IMG/VR virus record: IMGVR_UViG_3300020043_003224
Span: 1-27,098 of that record
DNA: 27,098 nucleotides
DNA from: a virus
Lineage: Duplodnaviria > Caudoviricetes
Reading direction: 5' to 3' (one strand)
Position numbers and translations under genes: made by a program. Shown here in pieces: positions 25,250-27,098 of this stretch (the first letter of the stretch is position 1; each line of letters starts with the position of its first letter). The notes below the pieces were generated by a model. The model was given only the letters and a program-made list of their open reading frames with translations. It searched no databases and was not told where the DNA came from.

Positions 25250-25576
25250 TTAAAAATCACGATAAACGAAACCGCCTTCAACTTCGCCAACCAATGCACC
25301 ATTGGCCTCAAGGCAGGCTTTAACTTCTTCTATGCGATCTTCGTCTGTTTCGCATTCGCTGAGGTCAAAATCGTAATTTTCGGCAATGTTTTGCCAATCA
25401 TCCTCGGAAAAATCGCAACAGATGGCGATTACATCAAGCTCAAGCTCAACGCCTGAGTCCCCTTCATATTGCTCAAGGTAGTCCCAAAGCACGCCCAGCC
25501 CTTCGCCTGAGAAGTTTTGGGGGCGAAGTTGCTCAAATGCTTGGCAAAATTCACGAAAACCGATTGTCTGTTTCAT
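25250..25576 (-). CDS. Highly acidic early protein
   Basis: Start MKQTIG at the repeated TAGGTGTCAACATG motif; 28 D/E versus 6 K/R in 108 aa (hand count). Confidence 0.8.
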   Translation of the reverse strand: MKQTIGFREFCQAFEQLRPQNFSGEGLGVLWDYLEQYEGDSGVELELDVIAICCDFSEDDWQNIAENYDFDLSECETDEDRIEEVKACLEANGALVGEVEGGFVYRDF

Positions 25577-25652
25577 GTTGACACCTATGAATTGAAACCC
25601 TGGAAAAGCCCAGGCCAAAGCCCACTAGGACTAATGGGCAATGGTATGGGTT

Positions 25653-25862
25653 TTATCGGAAGGCGGGTATTTGATACTGCCCGTATTGACCCGAACGCAT
25701 CCCGCCAGCGGGGATGACATTGGGTGCGTCAATGCACCCGCCAAGCAGGGCAAAACAATGCAAGGGTTCAAGGTTCCCAAGGGTTTCCCGCCATGTGTCC
25801 TGATCGGTGAAACCTTGGCGAACGAGGGTTGATTTAGGGGTTGAGAATGTATCAAGTTTCAT
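25653..25862 (-). CDS. Early hypothetical protein
   Basis: GGGGTG RBS; fits the operon. Confidence 0.6.
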   Translation of the reverse strand: MKLDTFSTPKSTLVRQGFTDQDTWRETLGNLEPLHCFALLGGCIDAPNVIPAGGMRSGQYGQYQIPAFR

Positions 25863-25865
25863 GGT

Positions 25866-25949
25866 TCACCCCCAGATAGCAATGATGAAGGTTAAGCACA
25901 ATGCCCCGATAAGGGACGCATAATAGACGATAAGATCAGGTTTTTCCAT
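25866..25949 (-). CDS. 27-aa single-TM micropeptide (not in ORF track)
   Basis: MEKPDLIVYYASLIGALCLTFIIAIWG; starts at the repeated TAGGTGTCAACATG motif. Confidence 0.7.
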   Translation of the reverse strand: MEKPDLIVYYASLIGALCLTFIIAIWG

Positions 25950-25960
25950 GTTGACACCTA

Positions 25961-26215
25961 TTAAGAATTGGGTTGGTTGAGTGAAAGTTTAGCGGCATTA
26001 AAGGCGGCATTGTTCCATTGGACAATTTCTGATTTAAAGTTTTTTGCGCTTATGACGCGAACCTGCCTAAGATCATTAACTGGCCTTGCGTGTCGGAAAT
26101 CCGATGCAATTTCTTGAGCTTTGTTTTTTGTCATCGCCCCGTCAATGGTAAACCAACCCGTGGCGCCCATGTTGGAATTGTTTGTTTGCAATTGAATCAA
26201 ATATTTTGCTTTCAT
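25961..26215 (-). CDS. Early hypothetical protein
   Basis: Starts at the repeated motif. Confidence 0.7.
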   Translation of the reverse strand: MKAKYLIQLQTNNSNMGATGWFTIDGAMTKNKAQEIASDFRHARPVNDLRQVRVISAKNFKSEIVQWNNAAFNAAKLSLNQPNS

Positions 26216-26260
26216 GTTGACACCTATTTGAGTGGATGCCCGCCGAAGCGGGCGGGTTGA

Positions 26261-26500
26261 TCAAAGAACGAAAGAATGTAGGTTAGTGGCGTAACAGACA
26301 TCGCCAGTTGACAAAACATACACGGGTTCGTCACGGCGATACAATTGGTTGCGCTTCACGCCAGCAAAGCGGATGCCTACAATTGTGCCCTCTAAGGTTT
26401 CCCCGTCTTGATGAATCATTGTGTTGCGCACAATAGCTGTCTTAAACAGCTCATATTTTTTGGGGTTGCGCTGGTAGTCTTGAAAATTGAATTTATCCAT
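26261..26500 (-). CDS. Early hypothetical protein, first gene after promoter
   Basis: Start MDKFNF at the variant AGGTGTCAATCATG. Confidence 0.7.
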   Translation of the reverse strand: MDKFNFQDYQRNPKKYELFKTAIVRNTMIHQDGETLEGTIVGIRFAGVKRNQLYRRDEPVYVLSTGDVCYATNLHSFVL

Positions 26501-26547
26501 GATTGACACCTTTTAATCTGGCCCAGGAATCTGAACCATTGGGAACA

Positions 26548-26575
26548 ATTCTACATTGAAAACACATTTTGTCAA
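26548..26575 (-). promoter_or_regulatory. Leftward sigma70 promoter
   Basis: TTGACA-N16-TAGAAT. Confidence 0.8.
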
Positions 26576-26586
26576 CCCCTACCATC

Positions 26587-26621
26587 ATTGTATTTTTCTA
26601 TCAACGCTAGCACCTTGATAG
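26587..26621. promoter_or_regulatory. LysR/OxyR-like operator, copy 2
   Basis: ATTGTATTTTTCTAT-N13-TTGATAG; includes CTATCAA-N10-TTGATAG inverted repeat. Confidence 0.6.
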
Positions 26622-26635
26622 CATCGTGATAGCAC

Positions 26636-26661
26636 TCTGATATCTTATATAAGACATAAGA
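26636..26661. promoter_or_regulatory. GntR/HutC-family (SdhR-like) operator
   Basis: TCTGATATCTTATATAAGACATAAGA matches its symmetric form TCTTATGTCTTATATAAGACATAAGA at 24/26; assignment to SdhR is recalled. Confidence 0.55.
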
Positions 26662-26706
26662 CATTATGTAATGCTTATGTGATAATTGTCTGTTATATTC
26701 TTAATT

Positions 26707-26721
26707 TGGCATGAAGGTTGC
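26707..26721 (+). promoter_or_regulatory. Sigma54 -24/-12 site
   Basis: TGGCAT-GAAGG-TTGC fits TGGCAY-N5-TTGC. Confidence 0.5.
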
Positions 26722-26851
26722 GGATTACATAAGTAAAAGTAGATTATCGCCAGATCGTTGATTGGTTGACAATTTATCGAAACCAATCGAAGTGTCCCGA
26801 AAATTTGTTCAAGCCCCCTTGAGATGGTGCTTCCGCTTTTCCTATTCCCCG

Positions 26852-26874
26852 ACCGACCGGTCGGTTAATTAACC
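26852..26874. promoter_or_regulatory. Overlapping perfect palindromes (TetR-type operator-like)
   Basis: ACCGACCGGTCGGT (26852-26865) and GGTTAATTAACC (26863-26874). Confidence 0.55.
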
Positions 26875-26927
26875 CTCTTGCATGGCTTGCGTGGCTGGTG
26901 TTGTTTTTGAGAGACATGGTAGGGGGG

Positions 26928-27098
26928 TGAAATGAAAGACGAAGCATTGAGGCTGGCGTTGAAGGCGTTGGAATATCCTGGGCCATCATGGCTTGAGGCA
27001 AGACAGCCAGCCATCGCCGCCATCAAACAAGCCTTGAAACAATCTGTTGCCGACAGCAACACATCACAAGAACCTGTCGCAAAAATAGCAAAAACACA
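26928..27098 (+). repeat. Inverted duplicate of 18330-18500 (5' part of the MKDEALRLALKALEYPG gene; ATG at 26932, truncated by window end)
   Basis: Identical by eye over 26928-27088, then two mismatches in the last 10 nt. Confidence 0.9.

Noticed and set aside
25574-26511. CRISPR array or integron attC sites
   Set aside because: Repeats are only 15 nt, non-palindromic, coincide with start codons and are separated by whole genes; no cas or integrase gene.
26774-27062. Minus-strand ORFs of 65-75 aa
   Set aside because: Antisense shadows of the duplicated gene fragment running into the operator array.
18330-27098. Diversity-generating retroelement TR/VR pair
   Set aside because: No reverse transcriptase in the window; copies are identical apart from two terminal mismatches, not adenine-specific throughout.

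Overview
This window is a 27-kb piece of a tailed dsDNA phage genome with podovirus-like organisation. The small genes and operator motifs suggest a freshwater Betaproteobacteria phage, but the host is an inference. From 1 to 17365 a rightward late operon encodes tail-fibre-associated proteins, scaffold, major capsid, small basic proteins, head-tail adaptor and nozzle, three ejection proteins, and a lysis cassette ending in a GH19 endolysin. From 17362 to 21840 a leftward operon of small genes includes an ERF annealase and an SSB-like protein. A divergent promoter region with no repressor gene follows, then structured non-coding sequence and a rightward module with an initiator-like protein, a C5 methyltransferase written in two overlapping frames and a RuvC-like resolvase. 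A second leftward cluster of small early genes and a non-coding block dense in operator-like sites end the window. The most unusual signals are non-coding: a ~110-nt tRNA-like RNA with a stretched acceptor stem ending in ACCA (18982-19091), an array of apparent host transcription-factor sites (26587-26874), an OxyR-like operator duplicated at both leftward promoters, and a c4-like antisense RNA followed by ~300 nt of apparently structured RNA. All calls were made by eye; family names and consensus motifs are recalled, not searched.
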